The notes: generated by a model from the sequence alone, not told the origin. Shown: positions 21,118 through 30,985, numbered from the stretch's first letter. The stretch: 64,000 bases of DNA from an uncultured Thermoleophilia bacterium (GCA_963734565.1 CAVTHM010000003.1:139610-203609); one strand, 5' to 3'. Numbers and translations: made by a program.

Positions 21118-21426
21118 GTGGACCGCATGAGCGCCGGGTACGTCGGCATCGTCACCGTGGACCTGCACTTCGCCGACGCCGGGTCGCTGAAGGGCAAGCG
21201 CAAGCATGTGCAATCCGCGAAGGCGCAGCTCCAGAACCGCTTCGGCGCGTCGGTCGCCGAGGTCGACCACCACGAGCTCTGGCAGCGGGCGCGCCTGACG
21301 CTGGCCTGTGTCGCGCGTGAGCACCACGAGCTCGACGGGTTGCTCGACGGCGCGCTGCGGTACCTGCACGGGCAGGAGTACGAGGTGACGTGGTCGGAAC
21401 GGCAGATCGTGGTCCCGCATGAGTGA
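21118..21426 (+). CDS. DUF503 family protein (YlxP-like)
   Basis: Translation reads ..VG.V.VDLH...A.SLKGKR..V.S.K..L.N.F..SVAEVDH.ELWQRA.L...., immediately upstream of rbfA. Confidence 0.75.
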   Translation: MDRMSAGYVGIVTVDLHFADAGSLKGKRKHVQSAKAQLQNRFGASVAEVDHHELWQRARLTLACVAREHHELDGLLDGALRYLHGQEYEVTWSERQIVVPHE

Positions 21427-21766
21427 GCGGATGCGCCGCGTCAACGAGTCGGTGCTCCAGGTGCTCGCGGAGGCCATCGGCGGCCTCAAGGACCCGCGCA
21501 TCGGCCTCGTCACCGTCACGGGCGTCCAGACGTCGCCCGATCTGCGTGCGGCGCGCGTCTACGTCAGCGTGCTCGGCAGCGCGAAGAAGCGCGAGCGCTC
21601 GATCGAGGCGCTGTCCGCCGCGCACGGCGTGCTCCAGGCGCGGATCGCGAGCGAGCTGCGCCTCAAGCGGACGCCCACGCTGACCTTCGAATACGATCCG
21701 ACCGTCGAGCAGGGCATGCGCATGTCGCACCTGATCGACGAGCTCGCACCCCATGACGAACCCTGA
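21419..21766 (+). CDS. rbfA: ribosome-binding factor A
   Basis: Translation reads ..R..RVNE.V..VLAE.I..LKDPR.G.VTVTGV..SPDLR.A.VYVSVLG...... Confidence 0.85.
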   Translation: MSERMRRVNESVLQVLAEAIGGLKDPRIGLVTVTGVQTSPDLRAARVYVSVLGSAKKRERSIEALSAAHGVLQARIASELRLKRTPTLTFEYDPTVEQGMRMSHLIDELAPHDEP

Positions 21767-22751
21767 CCTCACCCGCGTCGCGGACGCGATCCGCGAGCAC
21801 GACCGCTTCCTCGTGGCCACCCACGAGAACCCGGACGGCGACGCGCTCGGCTCGCTGCTCGCGACGACGCTCGGGCTGCGGGCGCTCGGCAAGGACGCGG
21901 TCATGTTCCTGTCGGGGAGCGTCCCGCTCCCGGCCGAGTACAAGTTCCTGGCGCTCGGCGACCTCGTCCGGGGCGACGCGCCGGCCGACGTGACCGAACG
22001 CGTGCTCGTGGCGGTCGACTGCGCCCAGGCGAGCCGGCTCGGCTCGGCGGCGGAGGGCCTGCTCGCGGCACCGGTCGTGCTGGACGTCGACCACCACCAT
22101 GACAACACCGAGTTCGGGCACCTCAACTGCGTGGTGGCGGACGCCTCCTCGACGGGCGAGATCATCCGCGACCTGCTGGCCGAGCTCGGCGTCGCCCTGA
22201 CGCCCGAGCTGGCCGAGGCGCTCTACGTCGCGCTCGTCACCGACACGGGGCGGTTCCAGTACTCGAATACGACGCCGAAGGCGCACCGGCTCGCCGCCGA
22301 GCTGCTCGAGGCGGGCGTCGACGTGCAGCGCGTGTTCCGCGGCGTCTACGAATCGATCCAGTTCGCGAAGCTGAAGCTGCTGGCGCGCGCGCTCGAGCGC
22401 GCGAGGATCTACGACGGCGGTCGCGTGGTCGTCTCGTACCTGCTCGCGAACGACTTCGCCGAGGTCGGCGCCGAGGAGCCGTACTCGGAGGGGATCATCG
22501 ACTTCCTCCGGGCCGTCGAGGGCGCCGAGCTCTCGGTGCTGATCCGCGAGCCGCCCCGGGCCGGCGCGCCGCGCCACCGCATCAGCCTGCGGGCGAACGC
22601 CGACGAGCTCGACGTGTCGGCGATCGCACGCGCATCGGGCGACGGCGGCGGCCACCGCCAGGCGGCGGGCTTCTCGAGCCAGCTGTCCGTGGACGAGATC
22701 ACCGACTTCGTTCGGCGCGAGTTCGCGGCGGCGACGTCGCAGGCCGCCTAG
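21753..22751 (+). CDS. nrnA: DHH/DHHA1 phosphoesterase (NrnA-like oligoribonuclease / pAp phosphatase)
   Basis: Translation reads ..F.VATHENPDGDALGS.. , ..DHHHDN..FG.. and the DHHA1 motif GGGH. Confidence 0.8.
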   Translation: MTNPDLTRVADAIREHDRFLVATHENPDGDALGSLLATTLGLRALGKDAVMFLSGSVPLPAEYKFLALGDLVRGDAPADVTERVLVAVDCAQASRLGSAAEGLLAAPVVLDVDHHHDNTEFGHLNCVVADASSTGEIIRDLLAELGVALTPELAEALYVALVTDTGRFQYSNTTPKAHRLAAELLEAGVDVQRVFRGVYESIQFAKLKLLARALERARIYDGGRVVVSYLLANDFAEVGAEEPYSEGIIDFLRAVEGAELSVLIREPPRAGAPRHRISLRANADELDVSAIARASGDGGGHRQAAGFSSQLSVDEITDFVRREFAAATSQAA

Positions 22752-22913
22752 TGCCCCGTCAGGTGATGCTGTCGAGCTTCTGGGTCGTCAGCACCAAGCG
22801 AGAGGCCGCACTCGGCCGCAGGGCAAGGTTGTACACCTTGTCAAGGGCGAGGGTGGGCTCTCGCGCAGCGTGATGGCGGGCCAGGGGCCGGCGTGTATCG
22901 CCTGATGGGGCAC
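22751..22913 (+). other. 163-bp rod-like inverted-repeat element flanked by TA (MITE-like insertion or structured RNA)
   Basis: The 19-nt ends GUGCCCCGUCAGGUGAUGC and GUAUCGCCUGAUGGGGCAC pair. Further internal helices and an apical hairpin lie at 22822-22842. The flanks are TA|element|TA, and the first G of the element completes the nrnA TAG stop. Confidence 0.55.
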
Positions 22914-22923
22914 TAGCGGCGCC

Positions 22924-23610
22924 ATGCCCCCGAAGGGCCTCGAGCCGACCGGGATCATCCTCGCCGACAAGCCGGCCGGGCGCTCGTCGTTCGCCGTCGT
23001 CGCCGAGGTGCGGCGGCGGACCGGCGCCAAGACGGGTCATGCGGGAACTCTCGACCCTTTCGCGACTGGGCTGCTCGTATTGTTGTCCGGACGAGCAACT
23101 AAGCTCGCTCAATGCTTCGTCGGTCTCGACAAGCGTTACCTCACGGACGTCGACCTGCGTTCCCGGACGACGACGGGCGATCCGGAGGGGGAGGAGGTCG
23201 AGCCGCACGAGGCGCCGTCCGCGGACGAGCTCGAGGCGCGGCTCGCGGACCTCCGCGGGACGATCGAGCTGCCGATCCCGGCCGCCTCCGCGGTCAAGAT
23301 CGGCGGTGAGCGCGCGTATCGCCTGCACCGACGCGGCGTGGCGGTCGACATGCCGCTCCGGCGCTCGCAGGTACACACGCTCGACGTCATCTCCTATCGC
23401 GACGGCATCGCCGCTCTCGACCTGCGCGTCAGCTCGGGCACGTACGTGCGGGCGATCGCGGACGCCCTCGGCGGGCACTGCGTGACCCTGCGGCGCACGG
23501 AGGTCGGGCCGTTCTCCGTCGACGAGGCCGACGCGGAGCGCGTCCTGCCCGTGGACGAGGCGCTAGGCCGCCTTCCGCCGGAAGCGCTCCGTCCGGCACC
23601 GGCGGCGTGA
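22924..23610 (+). CDS. truB: tRNA pseudouridine(55) synthase
   Basis: Translation reads ..GI.L.DKP.G.SSF.VV..VRR.....K.GHAGTLDPFATGLL.LL.G.ATKL.. Confidence 0.9.
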   Translation: MPPKGLEPTGIILADKPAGRSSFAVVAEVRRRTGAKTGHAGTLDPFATGLLVLLSGRATKLAQCFVGLDKRYLTDVDLRSRTTTGDPEGEEVEPHEAPSADELEARLADLRGTIELPIPAASAVKIGGERAYRLHRRGVAVDMPLRRSQVHTLDVISYRDGIAALDLRVSSGTYVRAIADALGGHCVTLRRTEVGPFSVDEADAERVLPVDEALGRLPPEALRPAPAA

Positions 23611-24482
23611 CGGTCGCCCGCTCTCCCCACGAGTTCGCCGCGCGGCCGCGCGCGGTGGCGATCGGCACGTTCGACGGAGTGCACGTGGGGCACCAGCGCG
23701 TCCTGCGCGCGGCTGTCGACGCCGGCCTGACGCCGACGGTGGTGACCTTCGACCCGCACCCGCGCGTCGCGCTCGGGCACCGCGTCGAGCTGCTCACGAC
23801 ACTGCAGCGGCGGCTGGAGCTGTTCGCCGACGCGGGCATCGAGGACGTCCTGGTCGTCGACTTCACGCAGGAGCTGGCGACGGTCGAGGCAGCGGACTTC
23901 GCCGAGCAGTTCCTGCGCGGGATCGGGGCTGAGGTCGTCGTGGCCGGCGCCGACTTCCGCTTCGGACGCGGCCGGGAGGGTGACCTCGCCCTGCTCGGGC
24001 GGCTCGGCCTGGACGCGCGCACGGTGCCGCTGGTCGAGGGCGTCTCCTCGACGCTGATCCGCGGGCTGCTCCGTGCCGGCGAGGTGGACCGCGCCGCACC
24101 GCTCCTCGGCCGCCCGGTCGAGGTCGACGGCATCGTCGTCAGCGGTGACGCACGCGGCGGCACGCTCGGCTTCCCGACCGCGAACGTCCAGGTCGAGCCG
24201 AGCCTGCTCATCCCGGCCCACGGCATCTACGCCGGCGCCGCCGCGGGACGGCGCGCGGCCACGTCGATCGGCGTGAACCCGCACTACGGCGGCGCCGAGC
24301 TGCGCGTCGAGGCGTTCCTGCTCGACTACGAAGGTGACCTCTACGGGCAGCGGCTGATCGTCGAGCTGTGGCAGCGGCTGCGCGACGAGCGCGCCTTCGC
24401 GAGCGAGCGCGACCTGATCGACCAGATCGCCCGCGACGTCGAGCAGACCCGGGCAGCTGAGCATCCTCTGAAGCGTGCTTGA
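23607..24482 (+). CDS. ribF: bifunctional riboflavin kinase / FMN adenylyltransferase
   Basis: Translation reads ..VAIGTFDGVHVGHQ.VL.. and a C-terminal kinase block ..G.V..GD.RGGTLGFPTAN......P..G.YA........GV.N.G.......E.FLLD..GDLYG.. Confidence 0.9.
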   Translation: MTVARSPHEFAARPRAVAIGTFDGVHVGHQRVLRAAVDAGLTPTVVTFDPHPRVALGHRVELLTTLQRRLELFADAGIEDVLVVDFTQELATVEAADFAEQFLRGIGAEVVVAGADFRFGRGREGDLALLGRLGLDARTVPLVEGVSSTLIRGLLRAGEVDRAAPLLGRPVEVDGIVVSGDARGGTLGFPTANVQVEPSLLIPAHGIYAGAAAGRRAATSIGVNPHYGGAELRVEAFLLDYEGDLYGQRLIVELWQRLRDERAFASERDLIDQIARDVEQTRAAEHPLKRA

Positions 24483-24556
24483 CGACGAGGCGCCGCGGAG
24501 GTATTCCTCTTCGCGAGTCGGCCCCTCCCCAGCGGGCCGCTGAAAAGGAGGCACCG

Positions 24557-24964
24557 ATGCTCAGCACGGCAAAGATCGGCGCGGTGATCCCCGTCTCGGA
24601 CCTCGAGCGCGGGATCGAGTTCTACGGCCGGACGCTCGGCCTCGGGACGCCAGAGCGCGACGACATCGAGGACAACCCCGGCGCGCGGTTCCCGATCGGG
24701 GGCGGTGAGCTCTACATCTACAAGAGTGTCGGCGCGGGCCAGAGCAAGCACACGCTGTGTGCGTTCGAGGTCGACGACATCGAGCAGGAGGTCGACGATC
24801 TCCGCGGCCGCGGTGTCGCGATCGAGGAGTACGACATGCCGGGGATGAAGACCGAGAACGGCATCCTCGACATGGGCGGCGGCATCAAGGGCGCCTTCTT
24901 CAAGGATCCGGACGGCAACATCCTCGGGCTCGGGCAGCGCACCCGCGTAGGGGCCGCCGTCTAA
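24557..24964 (+). CDS. VOC/glyoxalase-family protein
   Basis: ATG preceded by AAAAGGAGG. Translation reads ..VSDLERGIEFY...LGL.......FKDPDGNILGL. Confidence 0.75.
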   Translation: MLSTAKIGAVIPVSDLERGIEFYGRTLGLGTPERDDIEDNPGARFPIGGGELYIYKSVGAGQSKHTLCAFEVDDIEQEVDDLRGRGVAIEEYDMPGMKTENGILDMGGGIKGAFFKDPDGNILGLGQRTRVGAAV

Positions 24965-26352
24965 CCGAGTACGCGGGCGGCGCCGTCCCGGCGTGGATCG
25001 CCGGCGGCGCCGTTCGGCGTCACTGCGCTGACGCCGCCGAAGTAGTGATGGAGCGTGTCCCAGCGGCGAACGGTCCAGCCGCGCTCCTCGAGCTCGGCGA
25101 GCCCGTGCTCGTCGACGCCGGGCTCGGCGTTGATGACGCGCCCGGCCGGGTGGAAGCGCGGCCGCGCGACCGCCTCGTCCACCGCCAGCCCTTCGTCGAG
25201 CACGCCGGCGAGCGCCCCCACGAGCGCCGTCCGGATGCGCGTCCCGCCGGCCGCACCACCGGCGAACACGACCTGCCCGTCGGCGTCCAGCGCGATGAGC
25301 GGCGCCGTCATGCTCTCCATGCGCTCGCCCGGAACCAGCGGCCCGCGGACAAGGTCGGCCTCGCCAAGCATGCTGTTCAGGTGCAGGTCGAGACCGGGGA
25401 GCCAGTCGCCGGTCCCCAGCCCGAGCGTCGTCGTGACGACGCAGACGTCGCCTCGCTCGTCGACCACGACCACGTTCGTCGTGTGGCCGTCCCGGTCGGG
25501 CACGGCCGCCAGCGCGTCGACGAGCGCCACCACGCGCTCGGCCGGGCTGAGCTCCGCGAGGCTCTCCAGCCGCTCCAGTGCAGGCGGCACCTCTGACAGC
25601 CCGCCGCGGGTGAGGGCGACCCCGTCGAGGTACGGGCAGGCCAGCGGGTCGCGCCAGTCGGCCTCGTAGGCGGCCAGGTCGGCGGCGGTGACGCTCCCGT
25701 CGAGCTCCACGCAGAGCTCCACGAGCGCGCGGCCGATCGTTCCCGAGTACGCAGAGGCCGCGCCTTCCTCCGTGAGGAGCTCGAGCGCGTGGACGACCCC
25801 CGGCTGCTCGACGGCCGCGCCCGTCTCGAGCAGCCGGCCCTGCGGCGCGTAGATCTCCGCCCCGCGGTTCATCGTGAACACCGGCTCGAGCATCCGCAGG
25901 CACGCCGCGTGTGCGCCCGTCAGCAGCGCGCCCTCGCGCGCCATCCGAAGCGCAGGCTCGACGAGCTGCTCCCAGCGGAGCCGTCCATGCGCGCGCCAGA
26001 GCGCATCGAGCCCGGCCGGAACCCCCGGTACGCCGCAGGTCGCCGGCCCGATGGCGTAGTGGATGAGCTCCTCGCCGAACGGCACGCCCACGTACTCGAA
26101 CGCGTGCTCGCGCCCGTCGCCGCCGAGGCCGGGCACGGCGACGAAGAAATCAAGGTTCCGGGCGGCGCCGGCGCGCGCGTCCCAGTAGATCGCGTGCCCG
26201 CCGCCGAGCAGCCCGGTCATCAGCGTCTCGGCCACGCAGGACACGAACGAGGCCGCGACGGCTGCGTCCGCGGCAGATCCTCCCGCCTCCAGGATCTCGA
26301 CACCGGCGTCCACGGTCGCCGGATGGCCTGCGGCGACCGCGACCTTCACCAT
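24961..26352 (-). CDS. ggt: gamma-glutamyltransferase-family protein without a signal peptide
   Basis: Translation reads ..[23 protein letters not shown]......VAE..M.GLGGG.., a putative autoprocessing site ..[11 protein letters not shown].. and ..GGAAG.RI.. Confidence 0.8.
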   Translation of the reverse strand: MVKVAVAAGHPATVDAGVEILEAGGSAADAAVAASFVSCVAETLMTGLLGGGHAIYWDARAGAARNLDFFVAVPGLGGDGREHAFEYVGVPFGEELIHYAIGPATCGVPGVPAGLDALWRAHGRLRWEQLVEPALRMAREGALLTGAHAACLRMLEPVFTMNRGAEIYAPQGRLLETGAAVEQPGVVHALELLTEEGAASAYSGTIGRALVELCVELDGSVTAADLAAYEADWRDPLACPYLDGVALTRGGLSEVPPALERLESLAELSPAERVVALVDALAAVPDRDGHTTNVVVVDERGDVCVVTTTLGLGTGDWLPGLDLHLNSMLGEADLVRGPLVPGERMESMTAPLIALDADGQVVFAGGAAGGTRIRTALVGALAGVLDEGLAVDEAVARPRFHPAGRVINAEPGVDEHGLAELEERGWTVRRWDTLHHYFGGVSAVTPNGAAGDPRRDGAARVLG

Positions 26353-26653
26353 GGAAGTATCGCGCGCACTGCGTCAACCGCGGCAACGCGTCAAGTTCAG
26401 CGGCACTCGAGCAGCTCGCCGTCGGGGCGACGGCGTCGGCCACGCAGTCGTCGTTTCCGCTCTCGCCGAACAGAGCGGCCTCGCCCGGGCACGCCGCAGC
26501 CCACGACGGCCCTGCAAAGCAGCTGTGGCGAGGCGTGGGCGAAGAGCGGCAAAACGGCTTCGCTGCTACCCTCCCGCGAGACCGCAGCCTCGGCCGCTCG
26601 CGTCCTTCCTTCGCGGCGCGCGGGGACTGCGGAGTCGTTCTGCAAGGAGGCAC

Positions 26654-26923
26654 ATGACCCTCACCAAGGAAGCCAAGCTCGACATCATCGGCAAGCACCG
26701 CCAGCACGACTCGGACACCGGGTCGCCGCAGGTGCAGATCGCATTGCTGACGACGCGCATCAACGAGCTCACCGAGCATCTCCGCACGCACGCGAAGGAC
26801 CACTACTCGCGCCGCGGCCTGCTCAAGCTCGTGGGCCGGCGCCGCCGGCTCCTGAACTACCTCCAGCGCGAGGATCTTGAGGCCTACCGCGCGCTGATCA
26901 AGGAGCTCGGCCTCAGGCGCTAG
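26654..26923 (+). CDS. rpsO: 30S ribosomal protein S15
   Basis: Translation reads ..[43 protein letters not shown]......YR.LI..LGLRR, with RBS AAGGAGG. Confidence 0.95.
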   Translation: MTLTKEAKLDIIGKHRQHDSDTGSPQVQIALLTTRINELTEHLRTHAKDHYSRRGLLKLVGRRRRLLNYLQREDLEAYRALIKELGLRR

Positions 26924-26936
26924 AGAAGACACCCGC

Positions 26937-26998
26937 GAGGGGTGGAAGTTTGAGCGAGCCCCGCGCAGCGGTGGGGCTGACCCAAACCTCCACCTTTC
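26937..26998 (+). promoter_or_regulatory. long stem-loop between rpsO and pnp (rpsO terminator / pnp autoregulatory leader; Actino-pnp-like location)
   Basis: GGUGGAAGUUUG (26941-26952) pairs with CAAACCUCCACC (26983-26994) with one mismatch. An inner helix AGCCCC/GGGGCU and an outer G.U/A-U extension add to it. Confidence 0.55.
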
Positions 26999-27022
26999 GC
27001 CAGAAGGACGGAGGACAGATAG

Positions 27023-29503
27023 ATGGCAATTGCCACTGAGCGCGAGACGAAGGTCTCGACGACGGTCGGCGACCAGGAAATCAGCTTCGAGACGGGGAAA
27101 CTGGCCAAGCAGGCCGACGGCTCCGTGCTGGTTCGGTCGGGCGACACGATGGTGCTCGCGACGGCCATGGGCCGGATGGAGCCGCGTGAGGGCGCGGACT
27201 TCTTCCCGCTGACCGTGGACGTCGAGGAGCGCATGTACGCCGCCGGGAAGATCCCCGGCGGTTTCTTCAAGCGGGAGGGGCGCCCCACCGAGCGCGCAAT
27301 CCTCACCGCCCGCATGATCGACCGCCCGATCCGGCCGCTGTGGCCGAAGGGCTACCGCAACGAGACGCAGGTCATCTGCACCGTGCTCTCGGCCGACCTG
27401 ATCACCCCGCACGACATCCTGTGCATCAACGGCGCGTCGGCGGCGCTGATGATCTCGCCGCTGCCGTTCATGGGCCCGGTCGGCGCCGTGCGCGTCGGCC
27501 TGATCGACGGCGAGCTCGTCCTCAACCCGACGCTCCCGCAGATCGAGGAGGAGACGACGCTCGACCTGATCGTCGTCGGCACGAAAGAGGGCCTGACGAT
27601 GGTCGAGGCAGGCGCCCAGGAGGTGCCCGAGTCGACGCTGCTCGAGGCCCTCGACATCGCGCATCGCGAGATCATCAAGCTCTGCGAGGCGCAGGAGGAT
27701 CTCCGGGAGCAGGCCGGCAAGGCCAAGTGGCTCGACCCGGACATCACCGCCGAGCTCGAGCAGCAGGTCACGGGGCAGATCCGCGACCGGATCGCCGCCG
27801 AGGGCCTGCGTGCCGCGGACGGCGTCACGGAGGAGCTCCTGCCGGAGCTGAGCATGGACTCGACCGAGGACGACGTCCAGAACACGGTCCAGCGCAAGTC
27901 GAGCCTGGCGATCATCGTCGAGCGCACGCGCCTCGACGCCGTGCTCGGCCCGGTTCGCGAGCAGTTCGAGAGCGACCTCCGGGCCCTGACGGACGCCGAG
28001 CAGGACTCGAAGGAGCTCAAGTCCGCCAAGCGCCAGCTGCTCTTCGACCGCATCGTCGAGACCGTCCAGCTGCCGTTCCCGGTCGGCCCCGCCGTCGGCG
28101 AGGGCGAGCCGGCGACCGTCAAGGACTCGATGACCAAGAACTACGTCAAGAAGGCCGCCGAGGCGATCTACAAGGAGCTCGTCCGCCGCAAGATCGCGGT
28201 CGACAAGCAGCGCCCCGACGGCCGTGGCCCGGAGGAGATCCGCCCGATCACGTGCGAGGTGACTATCTCACCGCGCACGCACGGCTCGGGCCTCTTCACG
28301 CGCGGCCAGACGCAGATCCTGTCGCTGCTCACCCTGGGCACTGCCAAGGAGGGCCAGCGGATCGACGACCTGTCGCTCGAGAGCGACCGCCGCTTCATGC
28401 ATCACTACAACTTCCCGCCCTACTCGGTCGGGGAGACGGGCTTCATGCGCGGCCCCAAGCGCCGCGACATCGGCCACGGTGCGCTCGCCCAGCGGGCGCT
28501 CGAGGCGGTCATCCCGCCGACGGACGAGTTCCCCTACACGATCCGCATCGTGTCCGAGACGCTCGAGTCGAACGGCTCGTCGTCGATGGGCTCGGTCTGC
28601 GGCTCGACGCTCGCGCTGATGGACGCTGGCGTGCCGATCAAGGCGCCCGTGAGCGGCATCGCGATGGGCCTCGTCAAGGAGGGCGACGACTACGTCATCC
28701 TCACCGACATCCAGGGCGCCGAGGATCACCTCGGGGACATGGACTTCAAGGTGGCGGGCACGCCCGACGGCATCACCGCGTTGCAGATGGACATCAAGAT
28801 CACCGGCGTCACGCAGGAGATCATGCGCGGCGCGCTCGAGCAGGCTGCGCGGGCGCGGGCGTCGATCCTCGAGAAGATGCTCGAGGCGATCCCGGAGCCG
28901 CGCGGCGAGCTCGCCGACCACGCACCGCGCATCACGTCGGTCAAGATCGACCCCGAGCAGATCGGGCTCGTCATCGGCAAGGGCGGCGAGACGATCCGCT
29001 CGCTCGAGGGCGATTACGACGTCCAGATCGACATCGAGGAGGACGGCACGATCCTCATCTACGCGACCGAGGGCACCAAGTCGGACGCAGCGATCTCGGC
29101 GATCAAGGCGATCACGAAGGAGCCCGAGGTGGGCGACACCTACACGGGCAAGGTCGTGAAGACGACCGACTTCGGCGCGTTCGTCGAGCTGAAGAAGGGC
29201 ACGGACGGGCTGCTGCACGTCTCGAACGTCGGCCCGGGCCGCGTGAAGCACATCGAGGACGTGATGACGCGCGGCGACGTCCTGGACGTGCTCGTCCAGG
29301 AGGTCGACAAGCAGCGCAACCGCATCGGCCTCAAGCTGATCGCGAAGCACGAGAACGGCTCGCTCGTCCAGCCCGAGGAGCTGGTCGAGCGTGCGAAGGA
29401 CGCGCCGGACCGTCCGCGCGAGGAGCGTCCGCCTCGTCGTGACGGCGACCGCGGTGGTCGCGGCGGCCGCGGTCGCGACCGCGCCGGCTCGCCCCGGGAG
29501 TAG
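27023..29503 (+). CDS. pnp: polyribonucleotide nucleotidyltransferase (PNPase) with an Arg/Gly/Asp-rich C-terminal tail
   Basis: Two RNase PH domains, KH (..IG.VIGKGGETIR.L..) and S1 (..G..Y.GKVVKTTDFGAFVEL..G.DGLLH.S..). Confidence 0.95.
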   Translation: MAIATERETKVSTTVGDQEISFETGKLAKQADGSVLVRSGDTMVLATAMGRMEPREGADFFPLTVDVEERMYAAGKIPGGFFKREGRPTERAILTARMIDRPIRPLWPKGYRNETQVICTVLSADLITPHDILCINGASAALMISPLPFMGPVGAVRVGLIDGELVLNPTLPQIEEETTLDLIVVGTKEGLTMVEAGAQEVPESTLLEALDIAHREIIKLCEAQEDLREQAGKAKWLDPDITAELEQQVTGQIRDRIAAEGLRAADGVTEELLPELSMDSTEDDVQNTVQRKSSLAIIVERTRLDAVLGPVREQFESDLRALTDAEQDSKELKSAKRQLLFDRIVETVQLPFPVGPAVGEGEPATVKDSMTKNYVKKAAEAIYKELVRRKIAVDKQRPDGRGPEEIRPITCEVTISPRTHGSGLFTRGQTQILSLLTLGTAKEGQRIDDLSLESDRRFMHHYNFPPYSVGETGFMRGPKRRDIGHGALAQRALEAVIPPTDEFPYTIRIVSETLESNGSSSMGSVCGSTLALMDAGVPIKAPVSGIAMGLVKEGDDYVILTDIQGAEDHLGDMDFKVAGTPDGITALQMDIKITGVTQEIMRGALEQAARARASILEKMLEAIPEPRGELADHAPRITSVKIDPEQIGLVIGKGGETIRSLEGDYDVQIDIEEDGTILIYATEGTKSDAAISAIKAITKEPEVGDTYTGKVVKTTDFGAFVELKKGTDGLLHVSNVGPGRVKHIEDVMTRGDVLDVLVQEVDKQRNRIGLKLIAKHENGSLVQPEELVERAKDAPDRPREERPPRRDGDRGGRGGRGRDRAGSPRE

Positions 29504-30022
29504 ATGGAGGGCCAGGGGTCGTCCCCCGCACGGGGACGGCCCCTGGAGCCCACGTTTCGCCGGCCGCTGCACTACCACCTGTTCGTAGCGCCCGTGCGGC
29601 TCGCCATCGGCGCGGGCGGACTCGTCGCCGCGCTCATCGCCGGCGCCGAGCCTGCGCCCGCGCTGTTCGCGTTCGCGCTGGGCGCGTTCGGCTTCGGCGT
29701 GTCGATGGTGTCGGCCGACCGTGTGTTCGCCGGCGGCACGAAGGCGATGCCGGCACCGCCGCACGTGGTCGAATCGCGCCTGTCGACGCTGGCCGCAGCG
29801 CTCTGGCCGAGCACCGTCGGCGTCGCCGTCCTGCTCGTCATCTCACTCGGCGTGAACGCGACGCTTGCCGCTCTCCTGGCCGGAGTCCAGGCGGGCATGG
29901 GCGTGGCAGGGCTGCTCTCGGCGCTGCGCATTGCAGGGCGCGAGGAGCAGCTCGGCGGGCGCCTCCTCACCGATCGGCGCGTGAGCGCCGTGTATCTCGC
30001 GCCATTCGAGCCGCCGGATTGA
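29504..30022 (+). CDS. hypothetical membrane protein
   Basis: High GC3 throughout and about four hydrophobic helices. The ATG abuts the pnp stop. Confidence 0.5.
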   Translation: MEGQGSSPARGRPLEPTFRRPLHYHLFVAPVRLAIGAGGLVAALIAGAEPAPALFAFALGAFGFGVSMVSADRVFAGGTKAMPAPPHVVESRLSTLAAALWPSTVGVAVLLVISLGVNATLAALLAGVQAGMGVAGLLSALRIAGREEQLGGRLLTDRRVSAVYLAPFEPPD

Positions 30023-30187
30023 CGCACTTCCGGCACGGTCCTGTCACCCACGCGTAGGCCGTTCCGGATTAGGGTCGAACCGGAGGGAGGCAAGCGGCCG
30101 GCCCCCGGGCGTCATGGCCGGGGGGACTTGTCCGGCCTGGACACGTTTGCCCGTTGCCGGCACGGCCGGCGGAGTAGCGTCCCGCGC

Positions 30188-30985
30188 GTGATCGATCAGC
30201 TCCGCGTGAAGCCAGGCGACCCGCCCGGACTCGACAAGCGTGACCCGGGGTACCGGCTGGGGCTCGAGAAGGACGAGGGCAAGCGCCGGCTCGACGAGCT
30301 GCACGAGCGGCTCGACGTCCTCCAGTACCGCCTGTACGCCGAGAGCAAGCGTGCGGTCCTCGTCGTCCTCCAGGGCATCGACGGCTCGGGTAAGGACGGC
30401 GTCATCCGCAGCGTGTTTCGCGGACTGAACCCGCAGGGCTGCCGGGTTGCGTCGTTCAAGGCGCCGACGCCGAACGAGCTGGCGCACGATTACCTGTGGC
30501 GCGTCCATGCCGTCACGCCCGCACACGGCGAGATCGGCATCTTCAACCGCTCGCATTACGAGGACGTCGTGACCGTGCGCATGCTCGAGCTCGCGCCGGA
30601 AGAGGTCTGGCGCCGACGCCCGCACCACATCAACGAGTGGGAGCGGGTGCTCGTCGACGAGGGCGCGTCGATCGTGAAGGTGTTCCTCCACGTCTCGAAG
30701 GACGAGCAGCTGAGGCGCTTCAAGGAGCGGCTCGAGAACCCGGAGAAGGCGTGGAAGTTCCGCAAGGCCGACCTCGACGTGCACGAGCGGTACGACGAGT
30801 ACATGGCCGCCTACGAGGACGCGATCGCCGAGACGTCCACGGAGTGGGCGCCGTGGCACGTCGTCCCCGCCGACCACAACTGGGTGAAGGCGCTCGCTGT
30901 CGCAGAGCTCCTCGTCGCCGAGCTCGAGCGCACGGATCCGCAGCTGCCGGAGCCCGACCCGGAGACCGCGAAGCTGAAGCTCTAG
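30188..30985 (+). CDS. polyphosphate kinase 2 family protein (PPK2)
   Basis: Translation reads ..VLQGIDGSGKDG.I..VF.GLNPQG..V.SFK.PT..E..HDYLWR.H...P..GEIGIFNRSHYEDV... The start is taken at GTG 30188; the ORF is open from 30128. Confidence 0.8.
   Translation: MIDQLRVKPGDPPGLDKRDPGYRLGLEKDEGKRRLDELHERLDVLQYRLYAESKRAVLVVLQGIDGSGKDGVIRSVFRGLNPQGCRVASFKAPTPNELAHDYLWRVHAVTPAHGEIGIFNRSHYEDVVTVRMLELAPEEVWRRRPHHINEWERVLVDEGASIVKVFLHVSKDEQLRRFKERLENPEKAWKFRKADLDVHERYDEYMAAYEDAIAETSTEWAPWHVVPADHNWVKALAVAELLVAELERTDPQLPEPDPETAKLKL

Noticed and set aside
26353-26653. 300-bp region between ggt and rpsO with patches of coding-like G/C third-position periodicity on both strands.
   Set aside because: No frame has a consistent start/stop structure. 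The periodic signal switches frames and is equally explained by either strand. No protein motif was recognised, so it was left unannotated.
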